A DNA stretch of 64,000 nucleotides from Candidatus Moraniibacteriota bacterium (GTDB lineage: Bacteria; Patescibacteriota; Minisyncoccia; Moranbacterales; UBA2206). Under the pieces are notes generated by a model that made no database searches, was not told the DNA's origin, and saw nothing but the letters and a program-made list of their open reading frames with translations. The stretch lies in contig JAAXWW010000002.1 of NCBI GenBank assembly GCA_013334765.1, positions 21,453 through 85,452 on the forward strand, written 5' to 3'. Positions 26,761 through 37,550 of the stretch are shown piece by piece; the stretch's first letter is position 1; each line of letters starts with the position of its first letter. The translations under genes were made by a program, and so were the position numbers.

Positions 26761-27054
26761 ATGGCGCATAGAAAAGCTGGAGGATCCACCCAACTGGGAC
26801 GCGATTCCATATCCAAAAGACTCGGAATAAAGATTTTCGGAGGACAGAAAATAAAGACCGGACAGATAATCGCTAGGCAGCGCGGAACCAAATTCCGCCC
26901 CAGCAAGAATGTCGGTCGCGGAGAAGATGATACGCTCTTCGCTCTGAAGGACGGCATCGTCAAATTCACAACCAGGAAAATCCGCCTCTTCACCGGAAAG
27001 CTGGCTAGCCGGAAATTCATCTCTGTCGTGACTGAAGAGAAAGCTGCGAAATAG
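26761..27054 (+). CDS. rpmA: 50S ribosomal protein bL27
   Basis: [34 protein letters not shown]. Confidence 0.97.
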   Translation: MAHRKAGGSTQLGRDSISKRLGIKIFGGQKIKTGQIIARQRGTKFRPSKNVGRGEDDTLFALKDGIVKFTTRKIRLFTGKLASRKFISVVTEEKAAK

Positions 27055-27074
27055 TTTCCAAAATCCGAAATTTG

Positions 27075-27165
27075 AAAGTCCCCTTCGCGGGGACTTTTTT
27101 TATTGTCTGCAAAAGACAGCTTGGATCACTAAAAAAATCCCCAACCACGAGAGTTGGGGATTTTC
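27075..27165. terminator. Two terminators for the convergent rpmA and pyrG
   Basis: AAAGTCCCC-TTCGC-GGGGACTTTTT and AAAATCCCCAAC...GTTGGGGATTTT. Confidence 0.8.
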
Positions 27166-27181
27166 ATTTTCAATCGGGAAA

Positions 27182-28822
27182 CTATTTCTTCTTCTTGGCC
27201 GCGGCCGCGATGAGCCCCAGGAACAACGGATGAGGATCAAGCGGTTTCGATTTCAGCTCCGGATGGAATTGGGAAGCCATGAAGAACGGATGGACGCTGG
27301 ACGGAAGTTCCGTTATCTCCATAAGCGTTCCGTCCGGCGATTTGGCAGAAAATACCAGTCCGCCCTTAGCAAGCTTGTCGACATATTCAGGATTGACTTC
27401 CCAGCGGTGCCTGTGGCGCTCTGAGATTTTGCTCTTTCCATATAGCTTGTATGCGGCTGTACCCTTTTCAACAACGGCTGGATACGCGCCGAGCCTCATG
27501 GTCGCGCCATAATTGTGATCTTCGAGATTCTTCTTCTGTTCAGGCATGATGTCGATCACCGGATATTTGGTGTTGCGATCGATTTCCGTAGTGTTGGCTC
27601 CAGTGAGCCCCAAGACGTTCCTGGCATATTCAATGACTGCCAACTGCATGCCATAGCAGAGTCCCAGGAAAGGGATCTTGTTCTCGCGGAGATATCTGAT
27701 GGCGCTGATCTTGCCTTCTATGCCGCGCGAACCGAATCCGCCAGGAACGACCACTCCGTCAAGGTCTTTGAGCTCTTCGAGCTTCTCCGGATTCTTTTCG
27801 AAACTCTCACTGTTGATCCAGACTATTTCCGGTTTCAGGCTGCTTTTGAACGCGGCATGCTTGACCGCTTCGATCACTGAGATATACGCATCGGAAAGGA
27901 CGAAATCGCCCGTTCCGAAATATTTGCCGACGATTCCTATTTTTACTTTGCCTTTCGGATTCTTCACCCTGTCAAACAGGTCGTACCACTCCTTGAGATC
28001 GGTTTTGCCATATGGCAGGCCGAGCTTCTTGAGAATGAGCCTGCTCAGGTCATCGCGCTCGAAGTTGATGAGCACTTCGTATATATTGTCGACATCCGGA
28101 GCGGAAATGACATACTGTTCCGGAACATTGCAGAACATCCCGATCTTCTCTTTCCTTTTCTTGTCCAGATAGGTCTCGCTCCTGGCGATGATGACGTCAG
28201 GCATGATTCCTGAGCTGTTAAGCGTCCTCACGGCATATTGCGTCGGTTTGGTTTTCATTTCGCCGACCTTGGACGGGATAGGCAGATAGCTCACCATGAC
28301 GAACATCACGTCATCCGGATTCTTTATCTTCATCATCCTGGCCGCTTCCAGGAAAAGGATATTCTGATATTCTCCGACCGTTCCTCCGATTTCGATTATG
28401 GTTATGTCCGATTTGGCTTTCTCGGAAGCCTTGGTTATCCTTTCGATGACTTCCATCGGGATATGCGGAACCACCTCCACGCATTTTCCGTTATATTCCA
28501 AGTTGCGTTCCTTATGGATCACGGTTTCGTATACCCTGCCGGTAGTCATATAGTTCATGCGGGTCAGAGTGATGTTCAGGAATCTTTCATAGTTTCCCAT
28601 GTCCTGATCGGTTTCGTCCCCGTCATCCAGCACGAAAACCTCACCGTGTTCGGTCGGGTTCATGGTTCCGGCATCCACGTTGATATATGGGTCGATTTTG
28701 ATGGCGGTGACATTGTATCCGCGCGCTTTCAGGATCGCTCCTATTGAGGAAGTAGTTATGCCCTTGCCCACTCCGCTCATCACTCCCCCAACCACAAAGA
28801 TGTACTTCCTGTCGACTTTCAT
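27182..28822 (-). CDS. pyrG: CTP synthase
   Basis: GGVMSGVGKG, KIDPYINVDAGTM, KTKPTQ, PGGFG, GLCYGMQ, QFHPE. Confidence 0.98.
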   Translation of the reverse strand: MKVDRKYIFVVGGVMSGVGKGITTSSIGAILKARGYNVTAIKIDPYINVDAGTMNPTEHGEVFVLDDGDETDQDMGNYERFLNITLTRMNYMTTGRVYETVIHKERNLEYNGKCVEVVPHIPMEVIERITKASEKAKSDITIIEIGGTVGEYQNILFLEAARMMKIKNPDDVMFVMVSYLPIPSKVGEMKTKPTQYAVRTLNSSGIMPDVIIARSETYLDKKRKEKIGMFCNVPEQYVISAPDVDNIYEVLINFERDDLSRLILKKLGLPYGKTDLKEWYDLFDRVKNPKGKVKIGIVGKYFGTGDFVLSDAYISVIEAVKHAAFKSSLKPEIVWINSESFEKNPEKLEELKDLDGVVVPGGFGSRGIEGKISAIRYLRENKIPFLGLCYGMQLAVIEYARNVLGLTGANTTEIDRNTKYPVIDIMPEQKKNLEDHNYGATMRLGAYPAVVEKGTAAYKLYGKSKISERHRHRWEVNPEYVDKLAKGGLVFSAKSPDGTLMEITELPSSVHPFFMASQFHPELKSKPLDPHPLFLGLIAAAAKKKK

Positions 28823-28922
28823 ATTTATGTTTATATAAAAAAATTAAAGAATGCCTGGATGGATTTTATAGACAAAAAGTCGCATTCCCCGCGACTTTCT
28901 GTTTGTGATTTCTAAGATCAGG

Positions 28923-29366
28923 TTATTTCTCTTCCGTGATTATGACCTTTATCTCGCTTTTGATTTTCGGTCCGAAAACGACTTCGACCGAATACTCCCC
29001 GGCTTTCCTGATGGGAGACTTGAGCATCAGGTCCTTTTCCTTTATTTCGAATCCTTTCTCCTTGAGCTTGGCTATGATATCCTTGGCGCCGACCGAACCG
29101 AACAGCTTCCCGTCTTTTCCTTTGGATCCGATTTCCACCTTCTCGCCTTTCAGCTTGTCAGCTTCTTTCCTAATGAGATCATCGTGGAGCTTCTGTTCCT
29201 CCGCTTCCCTTTTCTTTTTCGTTTCGGCCTGCACCACGGCTTCTTTCGTCGCGATGGCAGCCAGTTTCTTGGGTAGCAGGAAATTCCTAGCATATCCTTC
29301 GGAAACTTCTTTCACGTCTCCCTTGTTACCGAAACCCTTCACATTTTGGAGCAGTATTATCTTCAT
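28923..29366 (-). CDS. rplI: 50S ribosomal protein bL9
   Basis: MKIILL..V..G..GDV.EV..GYARNFLLP, GKLFGSV. Confidence 0.97.
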   Translation of the reverse strand: MKIILLQNVKGFGNKGDVKEVSEGYARNFLLPKKLAAIATKEAVVQAETKKKREAEEQKLHDDLIRKEADKLKGEKVEIGSKGKDGKLFGSVGAKDIIAKLKEKGFEIKEKDLMLKSPIRKAGEYSVEVVFGPKIKSEIKVIITEEK

Positions 29367-29419
29367 AACCTATATATTATACCAAAAGAATCAACGTGAC
29401 AAACCAGCGCCGGTTCAGC

Positions 29420-30682
29420 CTATATTTTCCCTTTGATTATCTCCAGCGCCTTGTCCAATTGCGGGTCGCGATTGTTCTCATAGTCATCCCGTGTCATGTC
29501 CACCTCGACATCCGGACTGATGCCTTTTTCCATGATATAGTCGCCGCTGGGCGTGAGCCATTTGGCAACCGTTATCTTGACGCTTGATCCCCCCGGAAGA
29601 TTGGAAAGCTCCTGAACGGAACCTTTTCCGAAAGACTTCTTTCCAACCAGGACGTCTCCCTGATTATCCTTGAGCGCGCCAGCCAATATTTCCGAAGCGC
29701 TGGCGCTTCCTTCGTTGATAAGGACCACAATCGGAAGATAGGAAAGCTTGTCCCCGCCCTTGGTGTTCAGATTGCTCCTGTTTCCGGAGCTGTCTTCTTC
29801 AGTAACGACAACTTTTCCTTCGGGTATCATGCGGCTGGCTACGGAAACGCATCTGTCCAGAAGCCCTCCCGGATCATTGCGCAGATCAAGGACTATGCCT
29901 TTGGCTCCCTGAGAGAGAAGCGAATTCATCGCCGCGTCGAATTCCTTGTCGGTGTTCTCTCCGAATTCGTTTATCTTGAGATAAGCGATACCGCCATCCT
30001 TCATTTCCAGCTTGACGCTTTTCACCTGGATGGTATCGCGAGTGATAGTTATGTCTTTGGTGTCTTTCTGCCCGTTCGGAATAATCGTTAGATGGACATC
30101 GGTTCCTTTCTTTCCTCGGATAAGGCTCACGGCTTCGTCCACTGTCATGTCGGAAACCGTTTTGCCCTCGATCTTCAATATCTTGTCACCGGTGCGGAGC
30201 CCGGCTTTTTCAGCAGGAGATCCGTCAAGCGGAGCGATGACTGTCAGCATGTTGTCTTTGACTCCGAGTTCCGCCCCGATCCCTTCGAAACTGCCGCCGA
30301 GATCCTCCGAGAAGGCCTTGTTTTCGGCCGGATCGAAAAAGGAAGTATACGGATCGCCGGTCGCCTTGAGCATTCCGCTGATCGCGCCGTATATCATCTT
30401 CTGGGAATCGAGCGAACTCTTGCTGATATGCTTTTCCCGCACCAGATCCCAGACTTTCCAAAAAAGCGAGAAATTGACGTTCTTGTCTTTGATCGGGCTC
30501 TTGTTTTCCAGTATCGCTTTGTCCAAAGGAACGCTTGACGCGTCCTGAGGACCGGCGGCTGTTTTCTGACCGCGCGAAAAGCCGAAAGAATAGCTTCCGC
30601 CGATCATGAAAGCGACCAGGAAAACCAGGATGGCCTTCCTGAATATCATTCTGTTTTTCTCATGCGCGATATTCTCTTCCAT
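29420..30682 (-). CDS. ctpA: S41 carboxy-terminal processing protease (PDZ)
   Basis: DPYT, GIGA, DLRNDPGG, SASASE, FGKGSVQ. Confidence 0.92.
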   Translation of the reverse strand: MEENIAHEKNRMIFRKAILVFLVAFMIGGSYSFGFSRGQKTAAGPQDASSVPLDKAILENKSPIKDKNVNFSLFWKVWDLVREKHISKSSLDSQKMIYGAISGMLKATGDPYTSFFDPAENKAFSEDLGGSFEGIGAELGVKDNMLTVIAPLDGSPAEKAGLRTGDKILKIEGKTVSDMTVDEAVSLIRGKKGTDVHLTIIPNGQKDTKDITITRDTIQVKSVKLEMKDGGIAYLKINEFGENTDKEFDAAMNSLLSQGAKGIVLDLRNDPGGLLDRCVSVASRMIPEGKVVVTEEDSSGNRSNLNTKGGDKLSYLPIVVLINEGSASASEILAGALKDNQGDVLVGKKSFGKGSVQELSNLPGGSSVKITVAKWLTPSGDYIMEKGISPDVEVDMTRDDYENNRDPQLDKALEIIKGKI

Positions 30683-30703
30683 ATGATTTCAGGTTTTTGA
30701 TTC

Positions 30704-31516
30704 TTAGTTATGTTCCGGAAGCGGCTTCCCCCAATATTTCCTGAAATACTTCACCGAACTGATGATATGGATCCAGGTCAGGCGGTTCGAGACAAGCAGC
30801 TTGAGGATGTTCTTGCCGGCCGATCCTCTCCCGTGATAGTGATACATTTCCGAATCAGGATTGAAAACAACCTTGTATCCTTTTTCCCAAAACCTCCTGC
30901 ACCAATCAGTGTCTTCGAAATACATGTTGAACTGCGGATCCAGAAGCCCGATTTCCTCGATCATGGATCGCCTGGTCATGAGCGCCGAGCCCATGAGCCA
31001 ATCGACTTCCTTGATCGTCTTGTGATCGAAACCCTTCATCAGGAAGCGGTCCAGATGGTTCTTAGCGAAACCGAACCTGCCCAAAAATGTCCGCCGATAG
31101 AGTATCGTAAGCGGCGTATAGAAACGGAAACAGGACAGCTGGAACGTTTCGTTGAAATTGAGAAGTTTCGGACCGACAATGCCGACGTCCGGATTCTTTT
31201 CTATATAGCCAAGCAGCGTCTCTATGGAATCCTTCTTGATGATGATATCGCCATTAAGGACAAGCACGTATTCCCCTGAGCTTTTCCCGTATCCATTCCT
31301 CACCGCGCCGCCGAATCCGACGTTCTCCTTAGAAGGAATGAAGGTCATCTCCGGGAATTCATCCTTCATCATGAGAGCCGTGTCTTCCTCAGTGGCGCTG
31401 TCAGCGACGATGGTTTCATAGTCCGTCATAGACAGATTCTTCCTGATAGAATCCAGGCACACCCAAAGAAGATCCGGATTCTTATAATTCGTGACTATGA
31501 TGGAAAGTTTAGGCAC
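30704..31516 (-). CDS. GT2 family glycosyltransferase (WbbL-like)
   Basis: SIIVTNY, NVGFG, LNGD, MYFEDTDWC. Confidence 0.9.
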   Translation of the reverse strand: MPKLSIIVTNYKNPDLLWVCLDSIRKNLSMTDYETIVADSATEEDTALMMKDEFPEMTFIPSKENVGFGGAVRNGYGKSSGEYVLVLNGDIIIKKDSIETLLGYIEKNPDVGIVGPKLLNFNETFQLSCFRFYTPLTILYRRTFLGRFGFAKNHLDRFLMKGFDHKTIKEVDWLMGSALMTRRSMIEEIGLLDPQFNMYFEDTDWCRRFWEKGYKVVFNPDSEMYHYHGRGSAGKNILKLLVSNRLTWIHIISSVKYFRKYWGKPLPEHN

Positions 31517-31526
31517 AAGAATGATC

Positions 31527-32732
31527 TTACTGTTTGACGTCTTGCGGCGCTATGTCTGACTGCGCCGGAATATCGAATATTTTGGCAGCCACTTCATGGA
31601 TCTTGTCGTAGTTGTCCCCGCGCGGAAGCAGGATATATCCGGCGTCCCCTTCGGCCGGGTGATAAAGCAGGCCCTCGTCGGAATCTTCGAGCACGCGCTG
31701 ATAACTCTTGGGATTCTCCATTTTCCTGTATACATCGAAAAGCGCCTGCATTTCCCAGATCTGCATATCGGTTCTCACATTATCGCCGAGACTATTGAGC
31801 ATTCCGTTTATCTTGGAAAAATCAGTCAGAGTCCCCAGGCTCAGCATCTTGTCTTTCACGAGCTGCATGACCAGCTGCTGCCGCTTGGCTCTTTCGAAAT
31901 CGCTGGAAGTCTTCCTTGACCTCACGAAACAGAGCGCCTTTTCGCCGTTCAAAGTCTGCTTGCCGGCCGGCAAGCTGAAGTTCCCGCCGCACTCCGTGTC
32001 AGGATTGGTGCAAAGAGGATAGCGGGCCGTCACTTTCTTGATGCCTGTCTTTTTGTTGGTCTTGGTCTTGGTCTGATATTCTCCAGTCGGCACGGTGAAG
32101 ACATAATCATCGCAGACATGAGCCTCATTGAACTGCATGCTTTCATCGAAAGGCTTGTCCAAAGTCACATCCACTCCGCCGATAGCGTCGACTAGCTGAG
32201 TGAATCCGGTGAAGTTGATCGATGCAGCATAGTGGATCGGGAGTCCCGTGACTTCAGAAGCGATGGTCTTCATATCTTCCAGTCCCTTGCCTTTGCCTTT
32301 CTGTTCGCCATAGGCATGAACGGCGTTTATCTTCTGTTTGTCTCCGGTTCCTGGAACGGTCACATAGAGATCGCGCGGAATGGAAATCATCGCTATCTTG
32401 TTTTCAGCCGGCTTTATGCTGACAACCTGTATCGAATCAGCCAGCAATCCGCCGCCAGGAAGGTTCTCGCCGCGCATTCCGAGCACCAGGACATTTATCC
32501 TTCCGTCCTTCTCGCCTTTCAATTCATCACTGACCCCGGGAATGGAATGAACGATCGAATTCAATATCCCTCCTGTGGAAATCTTATTGAGGGTCCGTCC
32601 GGTCTTCCACGCGAACACGGCGCCTCCGATCAGGATGATTCCGAGGATGGCAGCCGTTATCTTGAACCACCTTTTCTTATAGAACTTCTTGGCGCTCTCT
32701 CTGGAAACGCCTCTTCCTCCGATATAAGCCAT
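31527..32732 (-). CDS. LCP (LytR-CpsA-Psr) family glycopolymer ligase
   Basis: TM segment, ADSI, SIPRDL, KINA, LVDAIGGV, RSR, DF.R..RQQ; ORF track start 32771. Confidence 0.9.
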   Translation of the reverse strand: MAYIGGRGVSRESAKKFYKKRWFKITAAILGIILIGGAVFAWKTGRTLNKISTGGILNSIVHSIPGVSDELKGEKDGRINVLVLGMRGENLPGGGLLADSIQVVSIKPAENKIAMISIPRDLYVTVPGTGDKQKINAVHAYGEQKGKGKGLEDMKTIASEVTGLPIHYAASINFTGFTQLVDAIGGVDVTLDKPFDESMQFNEAHVCDDYVFTVPTGEYQTKTKTNKKTGIKKVTARYPLCTNPDTECGGNFSLPAGKQTLNGEKALCFVRSRKTSSDFERAKRQQLVMQLVKDKMLSLGTLTDFSKINGMLNSLGDNVRTDMQIWEMQALFDVYRKMENPKSYQRVLEDSDEGLLYHPAEGDAGYILLPRGDNYDKIHEVAAKIFDIPAQSDIAPQDVKQ

Positions 32733-32903
32733 CTTTTTTAATAATCCCGAAATATTCGGGACTCTGGACAATATTTAATAAAAAATGCATAACATTTATA
32801 TTCTACTTTGATTCCGTTCTTTGTCAACAGCCGATTATTAATTCATAAACCATTGAAAACCGCCTATTTCAAGAGCTTTTTGAAACACAGGACTTACGCG
32901 TTC

Positions 32904-34049
32904 TCAGCCCATGCTTCTGAATATCTCAAGCACTTTCTCAGCCGAACTTTTCCAAGAAAAAAGACCAGCCCTCTCTTTTTCGTTCTTGACGACCGAGGCT
33001 CTCAATTTTTCATCGCTCATGATCCTCACCAGATCGCGGGACAGCTCGGCGGCATCCGCCGGATCGAAAAGGACCGCTGTTCCGCCCGATATCTCTTCAT
33101 GCGGAGGAATCCTGGAAGCGACGACCGGCACCCCGGCCACGAATCCTTCCAGAACCGGAATGCCGAATCCCTCATAGAGAGACGGCGAACAGACGCACGA
33201 GGCAAGCGACATAAGCGCCGCCTTGTCCTTTTCTCCGACAAATCCAGGCATAATAACCTCGGATTCCAAACAATTCTTTTCTATTGCACTGTCTATCCTC
33301 GCGTCGTAGTTATAGCCTTTGCCTCCTGCCAGGACGAGCTTCGCTCCATCCAGCCGGTCTTTCGCTTTGGCAAAAGCCTCGATGAGCAGCGGGATGTTCT
33401 TTCTCGGCTGCAATGTTCCGATATATAGGATGAACTTTTCCGGAAGATCGAATTTCCTGACTGCTTCTTCCTTATCATCCTCGCTCAGCGATTCCAATTC
33501 CTTGATAAAACCATCAGAAACGGCATTATGCATCCAAGCGACTTTTTTGGGTTCGGTCTTGAAATATTTCACTATTTCCCTCTTGGTGAACTCGGAAACG
33601 CCGATCACCTTATCAGCTCTCTTGATGCTAAGCGGTATGAGCATCCGCAGAAACAGGAGGTCGCGCTTCCTGATCAGCTCCGGGAAGACTATGAATGAAA
33701 CGTCGTGAATGATCGTCGCTATCTTTATTTTCCTTGGCACGAAAAACGGCGTTATGTATTGAGTGAGATAGATATCGACCGGATGCTTGCGAAGGCGGCG
33801 CTGGACCGTCCAAAAATTCCATACGAACTTGTTTCCTGAACCGAGCGGAATCATCTTGAAATTATTGCTCCCGTTTATTCCGAGATCCGTTCTCATCTTC
33901 TCAAGGGCCTCTTCGCTTCTTGAGTCGATGAAAAGATAATATTTGTTCTTGCTGTCCAGCTCGGCGAAGTTCCTGACCAGATTGGAAAACACCGCCTCAT
34001 CGCCGGTTCTTTTCTTTCCGATATTCCTGATGTCGATCGCTATTCTCAT
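32904..34049 (-). CDS. GT4 family glycosyltransferase
   Basis: IHD, GTLQPRKN, PSLYEGFGIPVLE, FSW. Confidence 0.92.
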   Translation of the reverse strand: MRIAIDIRNIGKKRTGDEAVFSNLVRNFAELDSKNKYYLFIDSRSEEALEKMRTDLGINGSNNFKMIPLGSGNKFVWNFWTVQRRLRKHPVDIYLTQYITPFFVPRKIKIATIIHDVSFIVFPELIRKRDLLFLRMLIPLSIKRADKVIGVSEFTKREIVKYFKTEPKKVAWMHNAVSDGFIKELESLSEDDKEEAVRKFDLPEKFILYIGTLQPRKNIPLLIEAFAKAKDRLDGAKLVLAGGKGYNYDARIDSAIEKNCLESEVIMPGFVGEKDKAALMSLASCVCSPSLYEGFGIPVLEGFVAGVPVVASRIPPHEEISGGTAVLFDPADAAELSRDLVRIMSDEKLRASVVKNEKERAGLFSWKSSAEKVLEIFRSMG

Positions 34050-34062
34050 ATTTTCCTTATTG

Positions 34063-35676
34063 TCATCTATTATACGTCCGGTTCTCAATCAGCGATACGC
34101 TGATTCCCAGCCACACCCACACATATGCCATCAATATTCCAGCGTTGAACAGATTGGGAATGACGATTGCGAACCAGGATGCGGTCAGGAATATCCCGAT
34201 CGCCTGATCGGCATTGCCCTTCTCTTGAAAAAAACATCTCAATCCTCCGAAAAGAATATACCCAAAAACAGCCACGAAAGAAAGAATCCCGATGATTCCG
34301 CTTCCGAGCCAGATCTCGAGGAAGATATTGCTGGAATTAAGGGTCGCGCCGTTCTCATCTTTCCCGAGAACTTGCCCGATACTCCCCCATCCGATTCCGA
34401 AAACCGGACTCTTCTTGATTTCCTGCCAGGATTTCTTGTATATCTCGGCACGGATATTGGACGTGGGATCTTTCCTGGAAATTTCTCCAACGGAAAATCC
34501 CCTTGATTTTTCGCTTTCGATATCTTCAAGATCGATATGCTCGCATCCGGTATTTTCCAGTTGCGAAATATTCTCGATCGGATTTTTGAGGGAATCGAAT
34601 TCTGATTGCGTCTCGCAGGCAACCGTTATTTTCTGCAGTCCCGAGCTGGTGCTTGTCGCCCTGTTGAACAGCTGGAAAGAAGTGAGATGGAAAATGAAAA
34701 CGAAAGCCAAGGCTATGACGGCCATCGAAACGATGCCTATTTTCATTTTCGCGAACTCCCAAAAATTCCACTCTTTGCGCATAACTCGGATGAATGATAC
34801 GCACAAAAAAACGACAGTCACCGCCGCTGCGCCAAGCCAAGCGGAACGCGACACGGCAATGAAGAGAAGGATGAAAATAGGGATGAGAAAAACATATAGC
34901 AAAATTTTTCCGATTCTTGAAAGCGGATCATCCAAAGATTCTTCCGCACTTCTTCTCTCATAGAAATACATAAGTGCATAAACGGCAGCGAGCGCGAAAA
35001 CCAAAAACATCCCGAGCCAATCCGGCTCAGGAAAAGTCGCGTTCGGGCGCCCCGGCATAACCTCGAAAGAGGATTGACCGAGAATGTTCCTGATGTTCTG
35101 CCAAATGCCATATGCGGAAACTATCAGCACGGAACTCAGGAAAAACGGGGCTATTCTTCCGAGATCAGTTCTATCCTGAACATAATTCCTGACAAGGAAA
35201 TACAAGGCGGCGAAACTGGCAAGGATTATGGACAACTTGAAACTCGCGCCTTTCGATGAAGAGAAGGCCGCGCTCAGGAATCCGGAAACCGCTATTGCTA
35301 TGACCAGATAGTCCCAAAGAGTGATTTTCGCTAATTTGAATCCGAGTTTTTTCGAAGCGAGCCTTGCGATGACTGCAAGGATGACGAGCGCGCCCAAAAG
35401 CTGATACGGACGGACCATAATGCCGATATTTTCCGGAGCAAGATTCACATTTTCAATTGTTATCACTGAAATGAAAAACAGGAATGCCCAACTCGGACGA
35501 TACATCGCCAATCCCAGAGCAACCAAGGCAAAAAAGAAAAAATCGCTCGCTCCAAGCGGCAATACTCCGGTATTTTGAAGGACAATAAGAAAAAACACCC
35601 CCGATGAAGCCCAAAAAACCAGCCCGACCCGGGTCTTGTTGAGGCTATTGACAAAATATTTTATTTGTGCTAGCAT
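34063..35676 (-). CDS. O-antigen ligase/polymerase (Wzy_C) family membrane protein
   Basis: Multiple TM segments, RPNATF.EPD, SRSAW, PVFGIG, NIFLE...G.G. Confidence 0.82.
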   Translation of the reverse strand: MLAQIKYFVNSLNKTRVGLVFWASSGVFFLIVLQNTGVLPLGASDFFFFALVALGLAMYRPSWAFLFFISVITIENVNLAPENIGIMVRPYQLLGALVILAVIARLASKKLGFKLAKITLWDYLVIAIAVSGFLSAAFSSSKGASFKLSIILASFAALYFLVRNYVQDRTDLGRIAPFFLSSVLIVSAYGIWQNIRNILGQSSFEVMPGRPNATFPEPDWLGMFLVFALAAVYALMYFYERRSAEESLDDPLSRIGKILLYVFLIPIFILLFIAVSRSAWLGAAAVTVVFLCVSFIRVMRKEWNFWEFAKMKIGIVSMAVIALAFVFIFHLTSFQLFNRATSTSSGLQKITVACETQSEFDSLKNPIENISQLENTGCEHIDLEDIESEKSRGFSVGEISRKDPTSNIRAEIYKKSWQEIKKSPVFGIGWGSIGQVLGKDENGATLNSSNIFLEIWLGSGIIGILSFVAVFGYILFGGLRCFFQEKGNADQAIGIFLTASWFAIVIPNLFNAGILMAYVWVWLGISVSLIENRTYNR

Positions 35677-35739
35677 TCGAAGTTCCTTTACAATAGAATT
35701 ATACCTTTTTTCTCAACTACAACCAAGCGGGAGTTGACC

Positions 35740-36195
35740 ATGAACACGCAGCAAGCAGAAAATAAGACGAGCAGCAACTTTGCATTTGTCCTTCTATGGT
35801 CATTTCTTTTCGTCGCCACTTTGTTCATCGGATTCAGCGCGGGAACGTTATACGAGGGAAGGTTTGGCGAAAGCGCCGAAACCATCACGTCCCTGAAGGA
35901 ATTGGTCAAGGTCAAGACTGAAAACATCAACAGTAAAAGCGAGATCATCTATGCTCAGGATGATTTAATCAGGAATCATAATAAGTTCATTGGCGACACA
36001 GATGAGCTTATTCTCCATCAGCAAGACTCTATCAATAAATTGGAAAAGATGAACAAGATTGTCAAAGCGTTTATCGGTGCATTGAGCCATCCTGCTGGTC
36101 CACAAGAAAGGGGGAAATTTTTAAAGCGAGCCTCCAGGCTGACGGATGAATTGAACCGCAAACACATACAAGGAGACGCACCAAGCAATAAATAG
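35740..36195 (+). CDS. Orphan TM and coiled-coil protein
   Basis: TTGACA-17 bp-TAGCAT at 35648-35676; GGGAG 6 nt upstream; terminator at about 36229-36264. Confidence 0.7.
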   Translation: MNTQQAENKTSSNFAFVLLWSFLFVATLFIGFSAGTLYEGRFGESAETITSLKELVKVKTENINSKSEIIYAQDDLIRNHNKFIGDTDELILHQQDSINKLEKMNKIVKAFIGALSHPAGPQERGKFLKRASRLTDELNRKHIQGDAPSNK

Positions 36196-36264
36196 TTTGG
36201 GGCTGTAATAACGGCTCCTTGCGCTCTCAAAAGGCTTCGACGAAACTTCGTCGGGGCCTTTTTT

Positions 36265-37431
36265 CTATTCCACGCTTTCAATAATATTCAAAACTTTCTT
36301 CGTGAAAACCTTCCAGGAAAATTTCTTTGCCCGTTCTTTAGCTCGCTCAGACAGCGACCGGCGAAGCTCATGATTCATGATCAGGTTCTTCATGACCATC
36401 GCCACATCTGCGACATCGTTCGGTTTGCAATAAAGGACGCCGTCTCCCCCAACCTCCGGCAGGGACGATGTCTTGGAAGCGATGACCGGCTTTTCTTGAT
36501 TCATCGCTTCAAGCACCGGCATGCCGAATCCTTCATATAAGGAAGGATAGATGAAGAAGAGCGACTCAGCATAAAGAGCCGGCAGACTGTCTTGAGGGAC
36601 GCTCCCGAGCAGTTCCACGTGTTTTTTGAGGTTGAGTTCAGCCACGAGATTTTCAGCGTCCGTCACAAGCGGAGCGAGTTCCGGCATCAGATGTCCGAAA
36701 ATGGCCAAGCGCGGAAAATCATGAATGAAATGCTCGCGAGAATTCCTATCGAGAAGCATCTTGTATGCCCAAATCACGCTTCCTATGTTCTTGCGCAATT
36801 CCATTCCCCCGCCAGCGAAAATATACCCCGGTTTCAGTTTGTATTTTCCCAACACCTTTTTGCGCGCCTCGGCGGACGGCTTTTTCTTGTATATCCTATC
36901 GACATCGATATAGTCGACGGCGATCTTGTCGCCCGGAATTCCGAGATGATTGATGATGTCTTTTTCGGTGTGCTTCGAAACAGCGATCAGCCTATCCGCT
37001 TTCTTGATGGCCGCTTCGATCATGTTCTGATAAATCTTCTTTCTCAGATTATTGAGATATTCCGGGAACAGTTTCGGAATGATGTCATGCACCAGCACGA
37101 TGTGCTTGATGCTTTTCGGCATGACAGTCGGGCATTGATAGAGGCTCAGGAAAACTTCGCAGCCGTCTTTCTTGGCGCGTTTCGGAAGAGCATATTTTTC
37201 CCACCAGATCTTGCGGATGAGATCGTCGCGACGATAGAGCGACGGCAAGAAGGCTTCGCATTTGAAGCCGGACGGAAGCTCGAGGCCTTTCGGCAGCTCT
37301 TCTTCCAGATACAATATGAATTCGTCTTTCTTGTTCGCAACGCCAGAAAGCTCTCGCAGGAAGTTAAGAGTGACTTGTCCGATACCGGTATTCGGTTTTC
37401 TGAGAAACGAAGCGTTTATTCCTATTTTCAT
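36265..37431 (-). CDS. GT4 family glycosyltransferase
   Basis: TGIG, VHD, RKN, PSLYEGFGMPVLEAM. Confidence 0.92.
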   Translation of the reverse strand: MKIGINASFLRKPNTGIGQVTLNFLRELSGVANKKDEFILYLEEELPKGLELPSGFKCEAFLPSLYRRDDLIRKIWWEKYALPKRAKKDGCEVFLSLYQCPTVMPKSIKHIVLVHDIIPKLFPEYLNNLRKKIYQNMIEAAIKKADRLIAVSKHTEKDIINHLGIPGDKIAVDYIDVDRIYKKKPSAEARKKVLGKYKLKPGYIFAGGGMELRKNIGSVIWAYKMLLDRNSREHFIHDFPRLAIFGHLMPELAPLVTDAENLVAELNLKKHVELLGSVPQDSLPALYAESLFFIYPSLYEGFGMPVLEAMNQEKPVIASKTSSLPEVGGDGVLYCKPNDVADVAMVMKNLIMNHELRRSLSERAKERAKKFSWKVFTKKVLNIIESVE

Positions 37432-37550
37432 GATGGAATTATATCATTTCGTTTCCCTTTTTGCTATGCCTTGTCAAGACATGAAAACTTGCCTAGAATA
37501 CAATCCAGTAGGAATATTAAACTCTTAAATCAAACTAGATGGAAAAAAAC

